64,000 bases of DNA from Fibrobacterota bacterium (lineage in GTDB: Bacteria; Fibrobacterota; Fibrobacteria; UBA11236), in the NCBI GenBank assembly GCA_028287465.1, contig JAQBPO010000064.1, positions 72,249 to 136,248 of the forward strand, given 5' to 3'. The notes under the pieces are model-generated. The model did not search any database. It worked only from the letters and a program-made list of their open reading frames with translations, and was not told the origin of the DNA. A program made the position numbers and the translations under genes. Positions 8,898 to 16,573 of this stretch are shown one piece after another (the first letter of the stretch is position 1; each line of letters opens with the position of its first letter).

Positions 8898-10004
8898 TTA
8901 TTCCGGAGAGGCGGCCGCGCCTGCGGGCGCAGACGATATCGACCCCGCCTGCGCGGAAACCGCGGGCTTGGGGACGAAGGGCGACCTTGCGGGACCCCTG
9001 CGGAGCCGGCCGAGCAAATCGAACGGGTCCTCCCAGATCAAAGCCCTGCCCGCGCCATCGGGGATCCCTGACCCCTTCGGTCCGCGGATGCCCAGGGAAG
9101 CGGTCAGGAAGCCCCGCTCTTTCATCCAGGCCGCGCAGAGGCCGGGCCACGTGGCCAGTTCGGGGAGATCGGGCGCGCCCGCCGCGCCGTTCGCCAGGCC
9201 GAAACCGTGGGGCCCATGATCGTACAGCTTCATCTGCGCGGGGACGCCCGCCTTCACCAGGGAATCGTAATAGATGATGGAATTGTCGACGAGCACCGTC
9301 CCATCGTCCTTGGCGTGCACCAGGAATGCTGGCGGGGTGGAGACATCCACGTGTTTCTCATTGGACAGGAAGCGCATGTCTTCCACCGAAGGATTGTCCC
9401 CCAGAAGGCTCTTGCGGGATCCGATGTGGGCGAACGGCCCCTCCATGGTGATCACGGGATAGCCCAGGATCTGGAACCAGGGCTTGCAGGATTGGCGATC
9501 GACCGAGTCCGCGGCCAGGGGATTGCCCGCGTCGTAATGCGTGGCCACCGTGGAAGCCAGGTGCCCGCCCGCGGAGAAGCCTACTATGCCTATCCGGTCC
9601 GGTTGGATCTTGTAGCGCTTGGCATTGGCCCGCGCCCAGCGCATGGCCCTCTTGGCGTCGTTCATCTCGATGGGGTGGTGATAAGGCGTGACGCGGTACT
9701 TGAGCACGAAGGCGGAGACGCCCAGGCCGTTCAGCCACTTGGCGACCTGGATGCCTTCCTTGTCCGTGGCCAGATGGTCGTACCCGCCGCCGGGGCAGAT
9801 GACCGCGGAGGTGCCGGTGGAGGGATTGACGCTCGTCGGGTAGAAGGTAAGGGAGGGTTTGGAGGCGGCCGTGGTGTCCGTGGCGCCCGGAGCGCCCTTC
9901 GGCCAAAGCGGTTCCGCGGTCTGACCCGACGCCGTTCCGGTCATAGTGGCCAGGAAAGCGGAAAGCAAGAACGCGCCAAAGGCTTTCGGCCGGTAAGCTG
10001 ACAC
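8898..10004 (-). CDS. secreted alpha/beta-hydrolase esterase (acetyl-esterase / carbohydrate-esterase-like), paralog 1
   Basis: Signal peptide. Oxyanion motif PGGGY, nucleophile elbow GFSAGGHLAS, then HAKDD and HGFGL acid/His motifs. Confidence 0.65.
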   Translation of the reverse strand: MSAYRPKAFGAFLLSAFLATMTGTASGQTAEPLWPKGAPGATDTTAASKPSLTFYPTSVNPSTGTSAVICPGGGYDHLATDKEGIQVAKWLNGLGVSAFVLKYRVTPYHHPIEMNDAKRAMRWARANAKRYKIQPDRIGIVGFSAGGHLASTVATHYDAGNPLAADSVDRQSCKPWFQILGYPVITMEGPFAHIGSRKSLLGDNPSVEDMRFLSNEKHVDVSTPPAFLVHAKDDGTVLVDNSIIYYDSLVKAGVPAQMKLYDHGPHGFGLANGAAGAPDLPELATWPGLCAAWMKERGFLTASLGIRGPKGSGIPDGAGRALIWEDPFDLLGRLRRGPARSPFVPKPAVSAQAGSISSAPAGAAASPE

Positions 10005-10090
10005 CCTGGTATTTCCCTTCCCCGGCCTAAAGATATACCGGAATCCGGCCCCGCGTGAGCGGCATTTCCGGGGAAAAGCGAGTTCCGGGG

Positions 10091-11131
10091 TCAGCGCTGG
10101 CGCCCTGCGGCATCAATGAAGCCCCATTCCCCCGTCTCCGCGCGGAATCCGAAACCCCTGACCGCGTCCTGGTCCCGGCGGGCCTCAAGGGAGGCCATGG
10201 GCCGGCGCAGGGAGGTGGCCGTCTTGAAGAAGCCTTGCTTGTCCATCCAGGCGGCGGCCAGGGCCGGCCAGGTGGCCAGGATGGGATCGTTGGGAGCCCC
10301 GCCCACGCCGTCCGCCAGGCCGAAACCATGCCCGCCCTTTTCGTACAGCTTGAGCTCGGCGGCCACGCCGCGCCGCTTGAGGGAATCGTAATAGGCCTGG
10401 GAGTTCCGCACCGGGACAGCATTGTCGTCCTTGGCGTGCAGGAGGAATGCCGGGGGTGTCTTGGACGTTACCTGTTTCTCGTTGGACAGGGAGTCGATCA
10501 GGATCTGGGACGGCGCGTCCCCCAGGAGGGCCAGGCGCGATCCGCCGTGGGTGAAGGCCGCGTCCATGGTGATGACCGGATAGCCCAGCAGGGACCAATC
10601 GGGCCGGCATCCTTGGCGATCGATGCTGTCGGCGGCCGCGGCGTTCCCGGAATCGTAATGCGTGGATACCGTGGACGCGAGGTGGCCCCCGGCGGAGAAA
10701 CCCAGCACCCCCACGCGCTTGGGATCGATGCCATACTGCCGTGCATGGGACCTGACCCAGCGCACCGCGCGCTGCCCGTCCCACATCTCGATGGGATGGC
10801 GGTATCCGGCGGAGCCCAGGCGGTACTTGACCACGAAGGCGGAGACGCCCAGGGTGTTGAGCCATTTGGCGGGTTGCAGGCCTTCATGATCCATGGCGAG
10901 GCCCGTATAGCCTCCGCCGGGGAAAACGACCACGGCGGCCCCGTTCCCCTTCCCCGCCGCTACGGGATATGGGGTGATGGTGGGCTTGTCCACGGCGGCC
11001 GTGCCTTTGGCGCCGGGCGCCCCTCCGGGCCAGAGCAGGGCTTCCACCTGGGCCGTCGCCGCCAAAGGCAGGATCAGGAAGGTGGAAATACAGAAACGGA
11101 TCAGACCGGTACGGACGCGTGCTGGCAACAT
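10091..11131 (-). CDS. secreted alpha/beta-hydrolase esterase, paralog 2
   Basis: About 55-60% identical to paralog 1 with the same motifs (GFSAGGHLAS, HAKDD, HGFGL). Start placed at the internal M before signal peptide MLPARVRTGLIRFCISTFLILPLAATAQ. The longer ORF N-terminus is Arg/Pro-rich. Confidence 0.6.
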   Translation of the reverse strand: MLPARVRTGLIRFCISTFLILPLAATAQVEALLWPGGAPGAKGTAAVDKPTITPYPVAAGKGNGAAVVVFPGGGYTGLAMDHEGLQPAKWLNTLGVSAFVVKYRLGSAGYRHPIEMWDGQRAVRWVRSHARQYGIDPKRVGVLGFSAGGHLASTVSTHYDSGNAAAADSIDRQGCRPDWSLLGYPVITMDAAFTHGGSRLALLGDAPSQILIDSLSNEKQVTSKTPPAFLLHAKDDNAVPVRNSQAYYDSLKRRGVAAELKLYEKGGHGFGLADGVGGAPNDPILATWPALAAAWMDKQGFFKTATSLRRPMASLEARRDQDAVRGFGFRAETGEWGFIDAAGRQR

Positions 11132-11381
11132 TTCCCCCCCATTTCGGCCGGCCGGAACCCTCCGGGGCCATGACCGGAAACCACGCATCGGTGGTTTCGC
11201 GGGCCCCGGGTCACGGCTTTGCCGGCCATGCCTGTCTTGAAAAGGTAAGCAAGGTTGGGGAAAATCACCGCTAACCATTCAGTAAAAACGGCAAAACCGC
11301 CTACCCGGAGTTAAATTAGGTCTTTTCTCCTTGAACCGGGGCTATGGTAAACATGGTATTGGACATCTCCCGTAGAGGATA

Positions 11382-11897
11382 ATGGGTCTGGGAACCATCA
11401 AGGCGGACATGGGAATAGCGGCTCAAAAGGGATTCACCTTTCTCGAGGTCATGGTCGTCGTGATCGTGATGGGCCTGCTCGCGCTCCTGGCCTTCAATCC
11501 CATGCGGAACTATCTGCATCGGATGGAATTCAAGAACTGCAGCCAGAACGTCAAGCATCTGATCCAGACCGCGCAGTCCAAGGCCATGGGCAATCCCAAT
11601 GTCCATATCGGGGTCTTTTTCGACCGGTCGACCACCCCGCATAAGGCATTCCTGTTCCAGGACAAACTCAACCCGGCCTCTTACCGCTATGACGGCTCCG
11701 GGGATCCCGCCTACCTGCAGCCGGAGAAACTCAAGGCGGGAATGTCCTTCAAGACCATACCGGGGTATCCGCCCGAAATCGTCTTCCGGGGGGACGGCTC
11801 GGCCTGGAAGAGCATGAAGATCATCCTCACCGACGGTACCCTGCAGGATACCCTGGACATCCTTGCCAGCACGGGCCGGGTACGGGTGGGCAAATGA
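11382..11897 (+). CDS. type IV pilin-like pseudopilin (GspH/FimT-like) with prepilin cleavage/methylation N-terminus
   Basis: Leader ...AQKG|FTFLEVMVVVIVMGLLA with Glu at +5. An AGAGGA Shine-Dalgarno lies 5 nt upstream of the ATG at 11382. Its stop overlaps the next start (ATGA). Confidence 0.6.
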   Translation: MGLGTIKADMGIAAQKGFTFLEVMVVVIVMGLLALLAFNPMRNYLHRMEFKNCSQNVKHLIQTAQSKAMGNPNVHIGVFFDRSTTPHKAFLFQDKLNPASYRYDGSGDPAYLQPEKLKAGMSFKTIPGYPPEIVFRGDGSAWKSMKIILTDGTLQDTLDILASTGRVRVGK

Positions 11898-12313
11898 TCG
11901 CCGGGCCCGTCCCATCCGGCCGCGGCGGCGGGCAGTCCGGACTCACCCTGATGGAGATCATGATCGCCATCGTGGTCATCGCCATAGGCGTGGGCGTATT
12001 CGTCACCATGCAGAAGAACTCGGGCAGCAACCTGGCCGGGAACAGCAAGATGATGCGGGCGGGGCAGCTGGTGGAAAAGCACGTAGAGGCCATGCGGATC
12101 GGCATCGCGCGGGACACGGCGGGCAATTGGCCGCCCAACGACACCTCCTACACCGAAGCCGGGCTCAAGGTGGAGCGGAGGATCTCGCAGGCGGTATCGC
12201 CCAAGACCCTGACGGTCCTCTCCAATGTCCGCAAGGTGGATATCATCGTTTCCTGGGGCAAGTCGCACCAGGACAGCCTGGACGTAACGACCTATGTATC
12301 GCGCAGATTCTGA
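11894..12313 (+). CDS. pseudopilin (GspI/PilV-like), prepilin-type N-terminus
   Basis: GQSG|LTLMEIMIAIVVIAIGV with Glu at +5. It is translationally coupled to both neighbours. Confidence 0.55.
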   Translation: MIAGPVPSGRGGGQSGLTLMEIMIAIVVIAIGVGVFVTMQKNSGSNLAGNSKMMRAGQLVEKHVEAMRIGIARDTAGNWPPNDTSYTEAGLKVERRISQAVSPKTLTVLSNVRKVDIIVSWGKSHQDSLDVTTYVSRRF

Positions 12314-13097
12314 ACCGCAAAGGGGATTCACCCTCGTGGAAATCACGGTGGCCCTGGTGGCCTCCGGGATCCTCATCGCCGGGCTCGCGCGCTTTTTCCG
12401 GGACTTCAACCATTCCTACAACAGCCAGGAACAGGTGAGCGATCGCGACCTCAACGCCCACTACGCGGTGCGCCGCCTGAGCGAGACCCTGATGTCGGCC
12501 GGAGCCAACCTGCCCAGCGAGGATTGGAGCATCCTCAACCTCCCGGAAGGCAGCCCGGGGCACCGGTTGCGCCTTTCGGTCAATCCGCGCGGGGGCGTGC
12601 AATACATGGCGGCTCCCCTGGCGGGAGTTCTCGAGGTCACGGTCGATGACGCCAAGGGTTTCGCCGAGGCCACGGCCATCCTCGCGGATCCCCAGGCCGA
12701 TGGCGTACCGACCTTCAAGGTTGAAATCGATCAGGCCTACAACAGCGACGGGTTCGTCAACGGTTTCAAGGTCACGGGCGCCAGCGCCGTCCTGCGGCTC
12801 TCGTCCACCCTTACCCTCGAGGCGGGCGACGCCGTCTATGCCTACGCCGTCGAGGATTACCGGCTCCTGGACGGCAACCTGATGCTGAACGACATGGTGC
12901 TCGCGGAGAACATCCAGAACCTCACCTTCACCGCCTATACGACCGGCCAATCGACGACCACCCAATGGTCCGCCATGCGCTCGGCCAAGATCCAGATCAC
13001 CGCCCGCACCCGCAACCGGGATCCGGCCCTGACCGACAATGACGGCTACCGTCTCATCGATCTTTCGATGGACGTGCTCCTGAGGAACCGCCTATGA
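12294..13097 (+). CDS. pseudopilin (PilW/GspJ-like), prepilin-type N-terminus
   Basis: QRG|FTLVEITVALVASGILIAG. Size and position fit the third minor pilin. Confidence 0.55.
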   Translation: MYRADSEPQRGFTLVEITVALVASGILIAGLARFFRDFNHSYNSQEQVSDRDLNAHYAVRRLSETLMSAGANLPSEDWSILNLPEGSPGHRLRLSVNPRGGVQYMAAPLAGVLEVTVDDAKGFAEATAILADPQADGVPTFKVEIDQAYNSDGFVNGFKVTGASAVLRLSSTLTLEAGDAVYAYAVEDYRLLDGNLMLNDMVLAENIQNLTFTAYTTGQSTTTQWSAMRSAKIQITARTRNRDPALTDNDGYRLIDLSMDVLLRNRL

Positions 13098-14851
13098 TGG
13101 ATCCGCGACCGTCTCCGCAACCTTCCGGGAACCTGCCCGCGGCCCTTCCCGGCCGCGGCCAGTCCGGGTTCATCCTCATCTTCTCCATCCTTATGATGCT
13201 CGGGGTATCCACCCTCGCCATCGGCATGGTCTACAACGCCCATCATGGCCAGGTTACGGCGCAGAACTACAAGAACCGCCTGCGCGCCTTCTACGCGGCG
13301 GACGGCATGCGCGCCCTGTTGGCGCAGGAGGTCATGGACGGCAACGTCAAGCGTTACATCGACACCTCCCTATCGGGCGAGATCGAAGGCGAAGTCTGGG
13401 ACGGGGCCGGAGGGGGGATCGCGGCCTTGAAATCGGCCATGAGCGTCCGCGGCCCGGATCGCAAGGTGACTTCGCCCTACCTTGGATCCAACTACAAGAA
13501 CGTCACCAACTACGGGATACGCTGGCGCGGTTACCTCATCCCTCCGGCCACCGGGTCATACACCTTCTTCGTCCGCGCGGATGATGAGGGGGAATTCTAC
13601 CTGAGCAGCGACGAGAGTCCCGCCAACCTTTCCGGGGCACCCATCGCCAGAATCGGATCCTGGGTCTTCCAATGGCCTACCTCCGGATCCGGGGTTTCCC
13701 CATCCGTATCCCTCAAGATCGGTGTGCGGTACTATTTCGAATTCCTCCACTCCCAGGGCATCGGAGCGGGGTTCGGCCAGGTCGGCTGGCGCGGCCCCAA
13801 GTACATGACCGAGCGCCCCGTCCCGGGAAAGCGCTTGGCCGCCTTCGGATCGAAAAAGGAGAAGTGGGACACCGTCAAGGTCGGCATGGGCAAGGTCAAA
13901 TACGCTCTCTCCGAGGCGGGGCCCCTGGTCTACACCCTGAACACGGAAGCCATCATGGGAGGCAAGGGCGATACCACCTTCCGCTCCCCGCTGACCCAGA
14001 CCCTCAGCATGCGCGGGGACAATCCCGCGCCGCCGGAAACCCTATGGCAGCGCGTGATCTTCTACGACTTCCATTCGGACCGGAGCAATCCGGATTTCGA
14101 TCGCGGCGGCCCGGATTTCTTCGAGAACAAGGTCAGCCCGGGCATGGTGAAGACCAAAGGTCTCCGCTACACCACGGAGAATGCATCGTTCTTCGGCCTG
14201 GACTCCATCGGCAAGCCGATGCTGGGCCCCTCGCCCGATTTCAATTGCGGCATCGACCGCTGGTTCACCGAATGGAAGCCGGGCTGGTTCGGCACCTACG
14301 CATACGCGGGCGGAGGGGGCGACTGCACCGAGTCCAATCCCGGCCATGACCAGACTTACAGGAACGTCGTGATACGGGACTCGCTCCCCTTCATCCAACG
14401 CAAGGACCTGGGCGCCAACGCCTACCAGTTCAAGCGGTTCGGCACCGATGAGGAGGCCGCTTTCACGCCCCTGGACGGGCGCGGCCTGGGTAACGAGGGC
14501 GCTACGGACAAGCTCGGGACGCCGCGCAACTATTCCTTCTGCATGGAGCTCCACTCCCAGTTCGAGCACACTTCGGGCATGAATTTCGAATTCAACGGGG
14601 ACGATGACGTCTGGCTCTACATCAACGATTCCCTCGTGATGGATCTCGGCTTCGTGCACAAATCCACCTACGGAATCGTGGCCCTGGACGATCTGCCCCT
14701 GACCTTCGGCGAAACCTATCCCCTGGATTTCTTCTATTGCGAAAGGCAGCGGTTCGGCTCGAGCATCGATCTGATCACCAACCTGCCCGTGCTCCTGAAA
14801 GCGGGCAAGCCGACTTCCAGCTGGAAGCGGGACTATGGCAACCTGGAATAG
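13094..14851 (+). CDS. GspK/PilX-like minor pilin fused to PA14 and fibro-slime domains (candidate pilus-tip carbohydrate adhesin)
   Basis: N-terminus GQSG|FILIFSILMMLGVSTLAIG with no Glu at +5, which is typical of GspK/PilX. PA14 segment YGIRWRGYLIPPATGSYTFFVRADDEGEFYLS. C-terminal fibro-slime signature GDDDVWLYINDSLVMDLGFVH...YPLDFFYCERQ. Confidence 0.6.
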   Translation: MMDPRPSPQPSGNLPAALPGRGQSGFILIFSILMMLGVSTLAIGMVYNAHHGQVTAQNYKNRLRAFYAADGMRALLAQEVMDGNVKRYIDTSLSGEIEGEVWDGAGGGIAALKSAMSVRGPDRKVTSPYLGSNYKNVTNYGIRWRGYLIPPATGSYTFFVRADDEGEFYLSSDESPANLSGAPIARIGSWVFQWPTSGSGVSPSVSLKIGVRYYFEFLHSQGIGAGFGQVGWRGPKYMTERPVPGKRLAAFGSKKEKWDTVKVGMGKVKYALSEAGPLVYTLNTEAIMGGKGDTTFRSPLTQTLSMRGDNPAPPETLWQRVIFYDFHSDRSNPDFDRGGPDFFENKVSPGMVKTKGLRYTTENASFFGLDSIGKPMLGPSPDFNCGIDRWFTEWKPGWFGTYAYAGGGGDCTESNPGHDQTYRNVVIRDSLPFIQRKDLGANAYQFKRFGTDEEAAFTPLDGRGLGNEGATDKLGTPRNYSFCMELHSQFEHTSGMNFEFNGDDDVWLYINDSLVMDLGFVHKSTYGIVALDDLPLTFGETYPLDFFYCERQRFGSSIDLITNLPVLLKAGKPTSSWKRDYGNLE

Positions 14852-14925
14852 ACCGTGTCCCGCCCGGGACTATGGCAACCTGGAATAGACCTCGTCCCGC
14901 CCGGGACCATGGGAATCTTGGGTAG
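14815..14925 (+). repeat. about 37-bp direct tandem repeat x3; copy 1 is the last 37 nt of the pilin-adhesin gene including its TAG
   Basis: ...gggactatggcaacctggaatag / accgtgtcccgcccgggactatggcaacctggaatag / acctcgtcccgcccgggaccatgggaatcttgggtag. Each copy ends in TAG. Confidence 0.8.
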
Positions 14926-14931
14926 CGGAAC

Positions 14932-15954
14932 TCACTTCGCATTTTGACTTCTCCCGCCGAAGGCCGGAGAATCGGGACTGACGGCGGGCCTTCCCAGGAT
15001 CCCCCGGGCTTCCATCCATTTCGCGCATTGCGACGGCCAGGTGGACAGCTGCTCCATGCCCGGTTCCCCGTTCCGCTCCGCCGCCAGGCCGAAAGCATGG
15101 CCCCCCTGCACGAAGGCCAGGAACTCCACGGGTACCTTGGCCCGCCGCAACGCTTCCGCATAGGCCTGGCTGTTGGCGATGGCCACGACGGGATCGGCCT
15201 CGGCATGCACCAGGAAGGCCGGCGGCGCGCCCCCTTCGACCTGGGTTTCAAGGGACAAATAGGACAGGGTGGCGGCATCGGGCGAGCGCCCCAGCAGATT
15301 GATGCGCGAGGCGCGGTGGGTGAAGGGCGCCTCCATGGAGATGACCGGGTAGATCAGGATCTGGAAATCCGGACGGCAGGAAACGCGCTCGACCGGATCC
15401 GCCGCTGCCGGATCGCCTCCGTCATTGTGGGTCGCCACGGTCGCCGTCAGATGGCCGCCCGCGGAAAACCCCAGCATGCCTATCCGGCGGGGATCGAGAT
15501 GGAAGCGCGCGGCATTGGCCCGCACCCAGCGCACCGCCCTTTGCCCATCCTCCATCTGCGCGGGATGGTGGAACGCCGGTCCCAAGCGGTATTCGAGCAG
15601 GAAGGCATGGATCCCCAGGGACCGCAGCCACAGGGAGGGCTCCACCCCCTCCTTCTTGCGGGCGAGCATGCCATAGGCGCCGCCGGGGCATACCACCATG
15701 GCGGCTCCGTTGGCGGAGTCCCTGACGGGAGCGTATAGGGTGAGGAATGGCGCGGATCGGGCAGAATCCTTCCCGATGAAGGCCACCTGCGGCTCCTTGG
15801 ACGCGGCCGGATCGATGCGGATGCTCCGGGGCCGGGTGGCCCCGGCGCCGTGGGCCGAAAGGACGATGGCCAGGATTCCGGCGATGCCGGAAAGCGGCGG
15901 CCGGCGCAACGCCGGGATTCCGGCCCGCGCGGGGTAACGTCGGGGGGACGGCAC
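14932..15954 (-). CDS. secreted alpha/beta-hydrolase esterase, paralog 3
   Basis: Motifs PGGAY, GFSAGGHLTAT, HAEAD and HAFGL. It is convergent with the pilin operon. Confidence 0.6.
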   Translation of the reverse strand: MPSPRRYPARAGIPALRRPPLSGIAGILAIVLSAHGAGATRPRSIRIDPAASKEPQVAFIGKDSARSAPFLTLYAPVRDSANGAAMVVCPGGAYGMLARKKEGVEPSLWLRSLGIHAFLLEYRLGPAFHHPAQMEDGQRAVRWVRANAARFHLDPRRIGMLGFSAGGHLTATVATHNDGGDPAAADPVERVSCRPDFQILIYPVISMEAPFTHRASRINLLGRSPDAATLSYLSLETQVEGGAPPAFLVHAEADPVVAIANSQAYAEALRRAKVPVEFLAFVQGGHAFGLAAERNGEPGMEQLSTWPSQCAKWMEARGILGRPAVSPDSPAFGGRSQNAK

Positions 15955-15967
15955 CTTCTTCAGGGTT

Positions 15968-16411
15968 TCAGCGGGTGAACTTCCAGGCCAGGCCCAGGAT
16001 CGCGCCCACGACGATCAGGAGGAGGAGGATCTTGACGGCCATGGGCATGCCGCCCTTGGTTTCCTCGTTGAGCCAATCGGGAGCGGTGGCTGGAGCGTCG
16101 GAGGCCGGGGCCTCCCCTTCGCCCGGCGCGCCTTCGGCTCCGGAGGCGGCTTGGCCTTCGGCGGCCGCCGGCGCATCGGCGCCCGCATAACCCGCCATCT
16201 CCTGGGGATAGGCCGTGGTCTCGGATCCCGGAGCGCGATCGAACGCGCCTTCCGCGGGCGCGTCCAAGCCGTCCATGCCGCGGCGCTTTCCTTCGTTCAG
16301 GATCAGCTTGACGGCCACTTCGGGACCGGTGGCGCGGCTCGACGAGAGCATTTGCATCAGCTTCGCGTCGGAAACCGTGGAGAGGCGTTTTTCGAATTCA
16401 TCCAGTTTCAT
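15968..16411 (-). CDS. hypothetical tail-anchored membrane protein with an Ala/Pro/Glu-rich low-complexity linker
   Basis: C-terminal TM AVKILLLLIVVGAILGLAW, with no N-terminal signal peptide. Confidence 0.4.
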   Translation of the reverse strand: MKLDEFEKRLSTVSDAKLMQMLSSSRATGPEVAVKLILNEGKRRGMDGLDAPAEGAFDRAPGSETTAYPQEMAGYAGADAPAAAEGQAASGAEGAPGEGEAPASDAPATAPDWLNEETKGGMPMAVKILLLLIVVGAILGLAWKFTR

Positions 16412-16573
16412 CGACCAGGCCTTTCAATGGCGTTCCCGCCGCGGCCGCCCATTCCTGGGAGTCGCGCCGGAAACAAGGCCGCCGGTTCAAAGGGGGCTCC
16501 TTGGAGCCCTCGCCGGATCGGCCATTGGCCTAGATTGTAGCAAACAAATTATGCCCGCTGCAAAGGGGTCTTT

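Noticed and set aside
11279-11381. Sigma-54 (-24/-12) promoter upstream of the pilin operon (tggtaaacatggtattgg)
   Set aside because: The spacing and conserved GG/GC dinucleotides do not fit TGGCAC-N5-TTGCW. An AGAGGA ribosome-binding site is the only clear signal there.
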